DNA from: a virus
Lineage: Duplodnaviria; Caudoviricetes
IMG/VR virus record: IMGVR_UViG_3300017780_007189
Coordinates: 1 to 44,134 of that record
Length of the DNA stretch: 44,134 nt
Direction: 5' to 3' (one strand)
In this document: piece after piece, positions 1 to 8,594 of the stretch
How positions within the stretch are numbered: position 1 is the first letter of the stretch
How the letters are laid out: the number at the start of each line of letters is the position of its first letter
Program-made: the position numbers and the translations under genes
Notes under the pieces: model-generated
The model's database searches: none
What the model saw: only the letters and a program-made list of their open reading frames with translations
What the model was told of the DNA's origin: nothing

Positions 1-1173
1 GACATTGAGACCTCTACCCTCAATGGCTTTCCTAATATGGAATATGCCGACAAAGAAATTATTACATTATCGATGCGTAAGAAGGGTAAGGTTATTGTTC
101 TTGGAACAAGGCCGTATGTACCAAAGAGTAAAGATGTCAAATATGTTCAGTGTACAAACGAAAGTCACTTGCTTGAGCAGTTTCTTGAAGCATGGAATTC
201 AAATAATTGGAAACCAGATGTTGTAACTGGTTGGAACGTTGAGAATTTTGACATACCCTATCTTTACAAACGAATTTCGAGTGTACTTGGTGTCAAGCAT
301 GCCAACAGACTATCACCATGGGGAATTGTCAAAGAGCGTCAAATTGGGAAAGATTCAACATTGCCTAAGGTATATGACCTATATGGTATATCTGTTCTCG
401 ACTACATGGCACTATACAAAAAGTTCTCATACACTCCACAAGAGTCATATAGGTTAGATCATATTGCTGAGTATGAGCTTGGTGAAAAGAAGTTAGACTA
501 TTCAGAGTATGAGTCGATGCATGAATTCTACATGCAGAACTTTGAGAAGTTTGTTGACTATAACATCCATGACGTTGTGTTGGTTGATAAGCTAGAAGAG
601 AAGTTAAAGTTCATCGAACAGGTATTTGCAATTGCTTATGATGCCAAGGTAAACTACGTCGATACATTTACTACAGTTCGTATCTGGGATATTATTATTA
701 CCAACTACCTAATGGATAGAGATATAGTTGTTCCTCATGTTGAGCGTAGTGAACTTGAACAAAGACAAGCTATCGATACAGAGATGGGACCAATTGTTGG
801 TGGTTATGTAAAAGATCCTCAAGTAGGATTGCATAAGTGGGTTTGTTCGTTTGACTTGAACAGTCTATATCCACATTTGATTATGCAATACAACATCAGC
901 CCTGATACTTACATTGGTGTGGTAGACGAAGTAACGATTGAGAGATGTCTAAACAAACAGGTCGGTGATGAGTTTGAGAAGCTTCTAAGAGATCAGAACA
1001 TGACAATGTGTCCTAACGGTGCCATGTTTAGTAAGAACAATGTTGGATTCCTTCCTACGCTGATGGAGACAATGTATAACGACCGTACCGTTTGGAAGAA
1101 GCGTATGATCGAAGCAAAGAAGGAGCTTGAAGCTGTAGAATTTGAGTTGCATAAAAGGAACGTGCAATTTTGA
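1..1173 (+). CDS. 43: Family B DNA polymerase (T4 gp43-like), N-terminal half (gp43A); 5' end lies outside the window
   Basis: The frame is open from base 1 (DIET, ExoI). It has ExoII GWNVENFDIPY, ExoIII YNIHD and polymerase motif A SFDLNSLYP. It stops at TGA 1171-1173 after the first fingers helix. Confidence 0.95.
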   Translation, partial: DIETSTLNGFPNMEYADKEIITLSMRKKGKVIVLGTRPYVPKSKDVKYVQCTNESHLLEQFLEAWNSNNWKPDVVTGWNVENFDIPYLYKRISSVLGVKHANRLSPWGIVKERQIGKDSTLPKVYDLYGISVLDYMALYKKFSYTPQESYRLDHIAEYELGEKKLDYSEYESMHEFYMQNFEKFVDYNIHDVVLVDKLEEKLKFIEQVFAIAYDAKVNYVDTFTTVRIWDIIITNYLMDRDIVVPHVERSELEQRQAIDTEMGPIVGGYVKDPQVGLHKWVCSFDLNSLYPHLIMQYNISPDTYIGVVDEVTIERCLNKQVGDEFEKLLRDQNMTMCPNGAMFSKNNVGFLPTLMETMYNDRTVWKKRMIEAKKELEAVEFELHKRNVQF

Positions 1174-1219
1174 TTTAAATATATAACATGCAAGTAACTA
1201 AAAAGGAAACCCATGTTAT
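1174..1219 (+). promoter_or_regulatory. Late-promoter variant (TTTAAATA) plus hairpin covering the endonuclease start codon
   Basis: TTTAAATA at 1174-1181 is 1 mismatch from T4 TATAAATA. ATAACATG 1183-1190 is complementary to CATGTTAT 1212-1219, which contains the ATG at 1213. Confidence 0.55.
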
Positions 1220-1767
1220 TACATAAACATCACATTATACCAAAGCATGCAGGAGGAACAGATGATGCATCAAACCTTATTCTATTAACGGTTGAGGAGC
1301 ACGCTGATGCTCATAGAATTCTTTTTGAAAAATATGGTAGGTGGCAGGATGAGGTTGCCTGGAAAGGTTTATCGGGGCGCATAACGCGGGAAGAAGTACA
1401 AAGAGAAGCAGTGCGCAAAGCCAATACCGGAAAAAAAATGAGTGATGAAACAAAAGAAAAAATAAGCAAAGCCAAAAAAGGCGTCAGACAGTCAGCTTCT
1501 CATGTTGAAAATAATAGGAAAGCGCGAACTGGTAGAAAATTAACACCGGAACACATCAATAATATATCAAACGCACTCAAAGGTCGGATCCATACACCTG
1601 AGCATAATGCAAAGGTGGGTCGAAAAGGTCGAATCATTACGGACGAGTGGAGACAGCGAATGAGTGAAGCAGCAAAGGCAAGACATGCAAAAAATAGAGA
1701 ACTTAGATACAGCACAATTACTACAGATGAGGTGGGAATTACAAAAGAAGGTTGCTCAGTGTCATAA
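1213..1767 (+). mobile_element. Free-standing HNH homing endonuclease with NUMOD3-like repeats, inserted in gene 43
   Basis: HHIIPKHAGG...NL...EEHADAH is an HNH motif. Repeated GKKMSDETKEKISKAKKG / GRKLTPEHINNISNALKG units follow. SD AAGGA. It lies between the two polymerase halves. Confidence 0.9.
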
Positions 1768-2794
1768 TTTTCAGATGGCAAAGAAAATTCAATTGAACAG
1801 TGCTTATGGTGCTTTGGGAAACACATTCTTCAGGTGGTACCAGCGTAACCTTGCTGAGGGTATTACAATGTCTGGCCAGTTATCAATTCGTTGGATGGAG
1901 AAACACATTAACGAATACTTAAATAAACTATTCAAGACAGAAAACGAAGACTATGTAATTGCATGTGATACTGACTCGATGTATATCAGACTTGAGAGAT
2001 TAGTAGATGGAGTCTTCAAAAACGATCAGTATGACATTCACAAGATAGTAAAGTTTCTTGATAACGTATGTGAGAAGAAGCTGCAACCTTTCATTGACGA
2101 TACTTTTGCCAGCCTTGGTGAATACATGCAAGTGATGAATCAAAAGATGGTAATGAAGCGTGAAGCGATTGCCAACAAGGGTATATGGACTGGTAAGAAG
2201 CATTACATCTTGAACGTGTACAATAACGAGGGTGTTGAGTATAGTGAGCCTAAGTTGAAGATGCAAGGTATTGAAGCAGTCCGCTCATCAACACCAGCAG
2301 CTTGTAGAAAGAACATTAAGAAAGCTCTTGAAGTGATTATGAATAAAGATGAGCAGGCAACTGTTAAGTTCATTACTGACTTTAAGATGGAGTTTATGAC
2401 CTTGCCTTTTGAGGAGATTGCATTTCCAAGAAGTGTAAGGGACTTGAAGAAGTACCAAGATGCATCTTCTATCTACAGAAAGTCTACTCCTATTCACGTC
2501 AAGGGTTCTCTGATATACAATGCACTGCTGAGAGAGCATAAGATAGATACAAAGTATCCTATCATTCGTGATGGAGATAAGATTAAGTTTGCTTATCTAA
2601 GAACTCCAAACCCAGCTCGTGATTCTGTTATATCTGTACCTGGTGAATTACCAAAGCAGTTAGATATTCTTCAATATGTTGATTATGAGAGACAGTTTGA
2701 TAAGTCCTTCTTGGAGCCAATCAAGTCAATTCTTGATGCGGTTGGTTGGCAGATTAAAGACCGTAGACAAACACTAGAACAATTCTTTGAATAG
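1685..2794 (+). CDS. 43: Family B DNA polymerase, C-terminal half (gp43B)
   Basis: Motif B KIQLNSAYG, motif C DTDS, KKHY, GIEAVRSSTP and a C-terminal clamp-binding-like TLEQFF. The start is uncertain (GTG 1664 or ATG 1685) and overlaps the HNH gene. Confidence 0.93.
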   Translation: MQKIENLDTAQLLQMRWELQKKVAQCHNFQMAKKIQLNSAYGALGNTFFRWYQRNLAEGITMSGQLSIRWMEKHINEYLNKLFKTENEDYVIACDTDSMYIRLERLVDGVFKNDQYDIHKIVKFLDNVCEKKLQPFIDDTFASLGEYMQVMNQKMVMKREAIANKGIWTGKKHYILNVYNNEGVEYSEPKLKMQGIEAVRSSTPAACRKNIKKALEVIMNKDEQATVKFITDFKMEFMTLPFEEIAFPRSVRDLKKYQDASSIYRKSTPIHVKGSLIYNALLREHKIDTKYPIIRDGDKIKFAYLRTPNPARDSVISVPGELPKQLDILQYVDYERQFDKSFLEPIKSILDAVGWQIKDRRQTLEQFFE

Positions 2795-2802
2795 GAGTAT
2801 AA

Positions 2803-3105
2803 ATGGGTAAAATTAATATGTCATTAGATGATGCTTATGATGACTTTGGATTCTCTGCTGTCAGTGAGGATGAACTAAAGTCAATGGAGCGTCAGCTTCA
2901 ACAACAAGTTATCCAAACCGAGAAGCAATTGACGTTGACTTCCAAAGAGTACAAAGATAGAATGGAAGCTCTTTATAAACTAATTATGCCTTTGTTACTC
3001 AATCTTCAAAAAGATGATGAGAAGTCTTACATATATTGGCCTGAGAGGTCAAAAAAGATGAAAGTGTTTATTGATAAAGTTAATAAAATTGTAGAAAATG
3101 ATTAA
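2803..3105 (+). CDS. Hypothetical protein
   Basis: 100 aa ORF with SD AGGAG; coiled-coil-like centre. Confidence 0.75.
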   Translation: MGKINMSLDDAYDDFGFSAVSEDELKSMERQLQQQVIQTEKQLTLTSKEYKDRMEALYKLIMPLLLNLQKDDEKSYIYWPERSKKMKVFIDKVNKIVEND

Positions 3106-3982
3106 CTACCTTGCTTTGTTGGTTGCGATTGGCTTATCAGCTATTGCAGCCTACTTTTCTGTCATTGGCCTCACAACTATATTTGCAGCGTCGTTTTGGC
3201 CTGTTGTTATTATGGGTGGGACACTTGAAGTGGCAAAGGTAGTTGCTGCATCGTGGACATATCGTAATTGGGACATTGCACCGTTCTCTATTAAAGTTTA
3301 TCTGATTGCATCAATAATTACCCTAATGTTTATTACGTCGATGGGAACATTTGGATACCTTTCAAAAGCACATATCGACCAGACAACCTCTTCTAGTGAT
3401 GTTGTATCTCAGTTAGCAATATATGATGAAAAGATTAAAGTAGCAAGGGAGAATATAGATGCAAACCGCAAAGCACTTAAACAATACGATGAGGCTGTGG
3501 ACCAGATCATGGGCCGCAGTGATACAGAAAAAGGTGCGGAAAAAGCAGTGGTGGTTCGTCGTACACAACAAAAAGACCGTGTTAGGTTACAAGAGGAAAT
3601 CCAAACCTACCAGAAAACAATTAGTAGCCTTAATGACGATAGGGCGCCACTGGCCTCTCAGGTCAAACGAGTCGAAGCTGAAGTTGGACCACTTAAGTTC
3701 ATTGCAGAGTTATTTTACGACAAAGTCGACTCTCAATTCTTAGACAAGACCGTTCGTTGGGTAATCATTCTTATTGTTATTGTATTTGATCCGTTAGCAA
3801 TTATTTTATTGATTGCCGCCAACATTGGACTCAGTAAAATAAAGATTCAAGAACCACAAATAGAAGAGCAACCAGACACACAAGAAGAGATTGAATCACG
3901 TGCTAGGTTACTAAAAGAGTTGACTGGTAAGATCAGAGGTGGTACAATCATGATTGATAAAGATCAAATAAGGGAGATGTGA
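3098..3982 (+). CDS. Multi-pass membrane protein with a long coiled-coil
   Basis: Three N-terminal hydrophobic helices, a heptad-rich middle and a further TM segment (WVIILIVIVFDPLAIILLIAA). Confidence 0.8.
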   Translation: MINYLALLVAIGLSAIAAYFSVIGLTTIFAASFWPVVIMGGTLEVAKVVAASWTYRNWDIAPFSIKVYLIASIITLMFITSMGTFGYLSKAHIDQTTSSSDVVSQLAIYDEKIKVARENIDANRKALKQYDEAVDQIMGRSDTEKGAEKAVVVRRTQQKDRVRLQEEIQTYQKTISSLNDDRAPLASQVKRVEAEVGPLKFIAELFYDKVDSQFLDKTVRWVIILIVIVFDPLAIILLIAANIGLSKIKIQEPQIEEQPDTQEEIESRARLLKELTGKIRGGTIMIDKDQIREM

Positions 3983-5007
3983 TGAGTTTTTTGAAAAGTC
4001 TGTTAAAGGAATTAAATGATGAGAATACTTACTTGGCCTCTGACGGCACTGCTAGTTCTGAGTATGGTGGTTATATTGATACTGGCAGCTACATTCTCAA
4101 CGCTCTTCTCTCTGGTAGCCTCTATGGTGGCATACCTGATAACAAGATTACTGCTTTTGCAGGAGAGTCCGCTACTGGTAAAACTTTCTTCGTTCTTGGT
4201 ATCGTTAGAGCCTTCCTTGACAAGAACCCAACAGGAGCAGTCGTCTACTACGACACAGAGGCAGCAGTAACAAGACAGATGATGGAGTCACGTGGTATTG
4301 ATACAGCTCGTGTCATTATTGCAGAACCAGATACTATTCAGAAGTTTAAGACTCATGCTCTTAAACTAATTGAAGCATATGAGAAACAACCAGCAGACCA
4401 GCGTCCACCGATGATGTTTGTTCTTGATAGTCTGGGATTGCTTTCTACTTCTAAAGAGATGGAAGATTCTCTAGAAGGGAAGGATGTCAGAGACATGACG
4501 AAGTCGCAAGTAATTAAGGCTGCGTTCCGTGTTCTGACATTGAAGTTGGCAAAGGTGAAAGTACCAATGCTTGTCACAAACCACGTTTATGAGGTAGTAG
4601 GTTCATATGTTCCGACAAAAGAAATCAGCGGTGGATCAGGTCTCAAGTACGCAGCTAGCACTATTGCTATGCTCTCCAAGAAAAAAGAGAAAGACGGGGA
4701 CGGAGAGATCATTGGAAGTCAAATCAAGATTAAAACCTTTAAGTCAAGATTGTCCAAAGAAAACCAAGACGCAACAGTGTTACTTACTTACAACAAAGGT
4801 TTAGATCGTTACTTTGGATTACTAGAGCTTGCTGAGAAGTACGAGATATTTAAGAAAGTATCTACTCGTTATGAATTGCCCGATGGTCGTAAGGTATTTG
4901 GTAAAGAGATTAATAATAATCCAGAATTATACTTCACTGAAGAGGTGTTGACTCGTTTAGAAGAGTGTGCTAAGAAAGAATTTAGTTACGGAACTGTTAA
5001 TGATTGA
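3979..5007 (+). CDS. uvsX: UvsX RecA-like recombinase
   Basis: IDTGSYILNALLSG, Walker A GESATGKT, YYDTE, Walker B FVLDS, SGGSGLKYAAS. Confidence 0.95.
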   Translation: MMSFLKSLLKELNDENTYLASDGTASSEYGGYIDTGSYILNALLSGSLYGGIPDNKITAFAGESATGKTFFVLGIVRAFLDKNPTGAVVYYDTEAAVTRQMMESRGIDTARVIIAEPDTIQKFKTHALKLIEAYEKQPADQRPPMMFVLDSLGLLSTSKEMEDSLEGKDVRDMTKSQVIKAAFRVLTLKLAKVKVPMLVTNHVYEVVGSYVPTKEISGGSGLKYAASTIAMLSKKKEKDGDGEIIGSQIKIKTFKSRLSKENQDATVLLTYNKGLDRYFGLLELAEKYEIFKKVSTRYELPDGRKVFGKEINNNPELYFTEEVLTRLEECAKKEFSYGTVND

Positions 5008-6388
5008 GAAGTTAATTTTATCGAACCTTCTTTCGAATGAGGAGTATGGCCGTAAGGCCATTCCCTTTCTAAAGAGTGAGTACTTTGTTGAGAGATCTGT
5101 TAAAGCTCTATATGACGGAATAGACTCGTTTGTAAAGACATATAATAAGTTTCCAAATAAGGAAGCTTTGACAATTGAACTTGATAGTAACAAAGAGATT
5201 TCAAGCTACTATGATGAGGTGGTTGTTCTTATAAACGAATTAGAACAACAACCAAATGATAATATGGATTGGTTAGTTGATCAGACTGAGAAGTTCTGTC
5301 AAGATAAAGCAATCTATAATGCTATTATGAAGTCGATTCAGATCCTTGATAGTGATAAAGAGAAGGTTGGCAAAGGTGCCATTCCTCAAATATTATCTGA
5401 TGCACTTGCAGTCTCATTTGATTCTCATATCGGACATGATTTCCTTGAGGATTCTGCCTCTCGTTATGACTTCTATCACAGAAGAGAAACAAGAGTGCCT
5501 TTTGATCTAGACTATCTTAACAAGATTACAAAAGGTGGATTACCTAACAAGACACTGAACGTGATACTTGCTGGTACTGGTGTTGGTAAATCTTTGTTTA
5601 TGTGTCACTGTGCTGCTGCTAACCTTTCTGCTGGACTGAATGTCTTATACATTACATTGGAGATGGCAGAAGAGAGAATAGCTGAACGTATTGATGCCAA
5701 CTTACTAGGCGTACCGTTGGATGAGCTAACAATTCTTCCACGCGAATCTTATGACAAGAAGATTGAGCGTGTACAAGAGAAAACTAATGGTAAGCTAATC
5801 ATCAAGGAATATCCAACAGCATCTGCTGGTGCTGGTCATATGAGACACTTACTCAATGAGTTAAAGCTGAAGAGAAACTTTCATCCAAATATCATATACA
5901 TTGATTACCTAAATATCTGTAGCTCTTCAAGATTAAAGTACGGTGCGAATGTAAACTCGTACACCTACATCAAAGCAATTGCTGAGGAACTGAGAGGACT
6001 TGCTGTTGAGTTTGATGTGCCTATTGTTACAGCTACTCAGACTACTAGAAGTGGATTCACGAGTAGTGATCTTGGTTTAGAAGATACCAGTGAGTCGTTT
6101 GGCTTGCCAGCGACTGCTGACTTTATGATTGCATTGATAAGTTCTGAAGAATTGCAAGACTTGAATCAAATGATGGTTAAGCAACTGAAGAACAGATACA
6201 ATGATCCAGGAGTACATAGACGTTTTGTAATTGGAGTTGATAGACCCAAAATGAAGCTGTATGATGTGGAACAAAGCGCACAGCAAGATATTGTTGATGA
6301 TGGTCCTGTGTTCGATAAGTCAGATTCAGGTTTAAGAATCAAATCAGAAAAAGGTAAGTTTAAAGATGCATTTAATTCATTTAGCTAG
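5000..6388 (+). CDS. 41: Replicative helicase (T4 gp41, DnaB-like)
   Basis: Walker A AGTGVGKS, TLEMAEE, IIKEYPT, YIDYLNI, ATQTTR, SESFGLPATAD, KQLKNRY. ATG 5000 is the preferred start. Confidence 0.95.
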   Translation: MIEKLILSNLLSNEEYGRKAIPFLKSEYFVERSVKALYDGIDSFVKTYNKFPNKEALTIELDSNKEISSYYDEVVVLINELEQQPNDNMDWLVDQTEKFCQDKAIYNAIMKSIQILDSDKEKVGKGAIPQILSDALAVSFDSHIGHDFLEDSASRYDFYHRRETRVPFDLDYLNKITKGGLPNKTLNVILAGTGVGKSLFMCHCAAANLSAGLNVLYITLEMAEERIAERIDANLLGVPLDELTILPRESYDKKIERVQEKTNGKLIIKEYPTASAGAGHMRHLLNELKLKRNFHPNIIYIDYLNICSSSRLKYGANVNSYTYIKAIAEELRGLAVEFDVPIVTATQTTRSGFTSSDLGLEDTSESFGLPATADFMIALISSEELQDLNQMMVKQLKNRYNDPGVHRRFVIGVDRPKMKLYDVEQSAQQDIVDDGPVFDKSDSGLRIKSEKGKFKDAFNSFS

Positions 6389-6554
6389 TTTTGTTATTAA
6401 ATTTACAATTGTCTTTACGATTACATCAATAATACTAACAATAAAGCACATATTCTTTTACTTGTCTAAAATGTTTGATCTTCCTACGGACATTATTACT
6501 TCCCTTGTATTGATAGATAAGATTAAAAATGAAGATAAAAACAAGGAAGTTTAA
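6366..6554 (+). CDS. Small hydrophobic hypothetical protein
   Basis: 62 aa ORF bridging the two neighbouring genes, with an N-terminal hydrophobic stretch. Confidence 0.45.
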   Translation: MHLIHLASFVIKFTIVFTITSIILTIKHIFFYLSKMFDLPTDIITSLVLIDKIKNEDKNKEV

Positions 6555-6996
6555 AAATAGAGAGTTAATTAAGTTAATTAAACTAGCTACTAACTTTTAT
6601 GCAGACATTTTACTTCCCAAACAAAAACATAAAATACATTTAGATATATCTGCAAAAGATATAAATGCGGACGGATATTGTACTTGTTTAGGCACATATG
6701 ATTTTGAGATTGAGATTCATAAAGACCTTACGTTTGAGCATATGATGATTACTCTTGCACATGAAATGGTTCATCTTAAACAATACACAACAAAGCAATT
6801 GAAGTCAAGATTCGTGAGGGGTGTACCAGTTGATACGTGGAAAGGTACCAAGTACAGAAATATTAAGTACAAGGAACAACCTTGGGAGAGGGAGGCAACT
6901 CTGCTAGAGGAATCTCTATATCAACAGTTTATGTTCTTTGGTCTAACTCACGATATGCTGGATTTTGATAAAATTAGGCAAATAGACTTAAGTTGA
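6529..6996 (+). CDS. HExxH zinc metallopeptidase-like protein
   Basis: TLAHEMVHLKQY and a downstream PWEREA. Confidence 0.8.
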   Translation: MKIKTRKFKNRELIKLIKLATNFYADILLPKQKHKIHLDISAKDINADGYCTCLGTYDFEIEIHKDLTFEHMMITLAHEMVHLKQYTTKQLKSRFVRGVPVDTWKGTKYRNIKYKEQPWEREATLLEESLYQQFMFFGLTHDMLDFDKIRQIDLS

Positions 6997-7021
6997 CTAT
7001 TGGTCTTATTTGATGTACAAT
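6993..7021 (+). promoter_or_regulatory. Sigma70-type promoter
   Basis: TTGACT (6993-6998), 17 nt spacer, TACAAT (7016-7021). Confidence 0.65.
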
Positions 7022-7027
7022 TAGAAT

Positions 7028-7507
7028 ATGAAAAAGATAATCACCTTCCTCCTTTTCGCGACCGTTGCTGCTTCCTGCTTTGGTCAGTCTAAAAAACAAT
7101 CTGCAATCTCACCAGACGCTGGCATGGTTTCTTTGATGAACGAGGCAAAGAAGCTAATGAGATACAAAGACGAGATTGCACTTCCTGCTATTGTACCAGC
7201 AACAGAACAATATCTAAAATCACTAGTTTGTGAAGGAGTTAAGTATTGTCCGGTATCTGCTGTATACTTTAAAAATACTGTATATTATAAGCAAGATCTC
7301 AACTTAAATGATCCTCAAACCAATTCTATTTTTATTCACGAATTTATTCATCACATTCAAGCAAATAGTGGGTTTGTAGCCACTGACTGTAAAATGTGGT
7401 ACAATAACGAGAAAGAAGCATATAGGCTTCAGGCTAAATACTTGCGCAACAACAATCAAGATGATAGTGTTGTTCGTGAAGCAATTCGAATAATTAAATG
7501 TCCATAA
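7028..7507 (+). CDS. Secreted HExxH metallopeptidase-like protein
   Basis: Signal peptide MKKIITFLLFATVAA, then IHEFIHHIQ...EKEAY. Confidence 0.7.
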   Translation: MKKIITFLLFATVAASCFGQSKKQSAISPDAGMVSLMNEAKKLMRYKDEIALPAIVPATEQYLKSLVCEGVKYCPVSAVYFKNTVYYKQDLNLNDPQTNSIFIHEFIHHIQANSGFVATDCKMWYNNEKEAYRLQAKYLRNNNQDDSVVREAIRIIKCP

Positions 7508-8076
7508 GGAATATTATGCTACTAGAGAATATAAGTACAGTTGAAGACCAAATTCAAGTTGACCTGTATACAAATGGTATACATTACTTGACAGGAGAGA
7601 TAGGACAATTCAATACTACTCCTTTGATTCAATGGATCATTAGTGAGAATGCAAAAGCAGTCAAGAAAGAATATCTCACACTTTATATTAACAGCATTGG
7701 TGGAGACCTATATGATTCCTTTGCCGTTATTGATATGATGAAATCCAGTAAGATTCCAATCAGAACGATTGGTCTTGGAAGTTTAATGAGTGCGGCGTTC
7801 ATGATTTTTGTATCCGGTGAAAGAGGTGGTAGAACACTTGCAAAGAATACAAGTATCATGTGCCATCAGTTCTCAACCTCATACGAAGGCAAGGAACACG
7901 ACATCAAAGCATCAGAACGTGAGACACGGTTTGTCAAACAAAAGATGCTTGACATTATTAAAAACAGTACAGATATGGATGAGCGTACAATCAAACGTAA
8001 GCTGCTTCCACCATCAGATGTTTGGCTATCAGCGCAGGAATGTATTGATTTAGGTGTGGCTGATATACTTTTATAA
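7498..8076 (+). CDS. clpP: ClpP-like serine protease
   Basis: LYINSIGGD, GSLMSAA (catalytic Ser), IMCHQ (His), DVWLSAQECIDLGVAD (Asp). Confidence 0.88.
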   Translation: MSIRNIMLLENISTVEDQIQVDLYTNGIHYLTGEIGQFNTTPLIQWIISENAKAVKKEYLTLYINSIGGDLYDSFAVIDMMKSSKIPIRTIGLGSLMSAAFMIFVSGERGGRTLAKNTSIMCHQFSTSYEGKEHDIKASERETRFVKQKMLDIIKNSTDMDERTIKRKLLPPSDVWLSAQECIDLGVADILL

Positions 8077-8079
8077 ATA
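8072..8079 (+). promoter_or_regulatory. T4-type late promoter
   Basis: Exact TATAAATA upstream of SD AAGGAG and the ATG at 8112. Confidence 0.8.
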
Positions 8080-8111
8080 GAAGAATAATAACCTGATAAC
8101 AAGGAGTATCC

Positions 8112-8510
8112 ATGTCTATTGAAAAATATTCACAATTCATTTCTCTTCACGAGGAAAAAACTAAAACTATTGGTTTGAGATCAAATGTTCAAGAAGCTGC
8201 TAAAACAGGCAGTGTTCGCTACTCTGCTGATGGTGATATCACTCATAGAGTTCTTCATAGCAGTGGTCAAAATCATTTAACTATGACACACCACAATGAA
8301 GATCCAGGTAATATCAAGTTTCATGGTAAAATGGACGGACATACTATTAAGTTTACCTCAAACCCAGAAAACAAAGATGATATGGATCCCTCTTCAAAAG
8401 ATGTTAAAAGAGATTTGAAAAAAGCCCATCCTGACTTACCTTCAGAAGTTCATACTAAAGTATTGAAGCATGCAACGTCTGGTCTCAAGCATCTGAGCCT
8501 TGATTTATAA
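8112..8510 (+). CDS. Putative internal head protein, His-rich
   Basis: Leader MSIEKYSQFISLHE resembles the T4 capsid-targeting sequence. 12 His in 132 aa. Late promoter upstream. Confidence 0.6.
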   Translation: MSIEKYSQFISLHEEKTKTIGLRSNVQEAAKTGSVRYSADGDITHRVLHSSGQNHLTMTHHNEDPGNIKFHGKMDGHTIKFTSNPENKDDMDPSSKDVKRDLKKAHPDLPSEVHTKVLKHATSGLKHLSLDL

Positions 8511-8535
8511 AATCAATTTGATTGCACGCTATTAT

Positions 8536-8559
8536 AAACCCACTTCGGTGGGTTTTTTT
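8536..8559 (+). terminator. Rho-independent terminator with C(UUCG)G tetraloop
   Basis: AAACCCAC-TTCG-GTGGGTTT followed by a T run. Confidence 0.9.
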
Positions 8560-8563
8560 GTGA

Positions 8564-8571
8564 TATAAATA
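8564..8571 (+). promoter_or_regulatory. T4-type late promoter
   Basis: Exact TATAAATA; SD GGAG before ATG 8595. Confidence 0.85.
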
Positions 8572-8594
8572 CCAGATAATACCTCGGAGCTAAG

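Noticed and set aside
1173-1685. Polymerase pseudogene or sequencing frameshift
   Set aside because: All catalytic motifs are intact, the break lies at a tolerant fingers-tip position, and the insert is a coherent gene with its own expression signals.
1174-1767. Group I intron or intein in the polymerase gene
   Set aside because: Only 39 non-coding nt upstream and an overlap downstream leave no evident ribozyme core, and there are no Cys/Ser-start or His-Asn intein ends. A split gene fits better.
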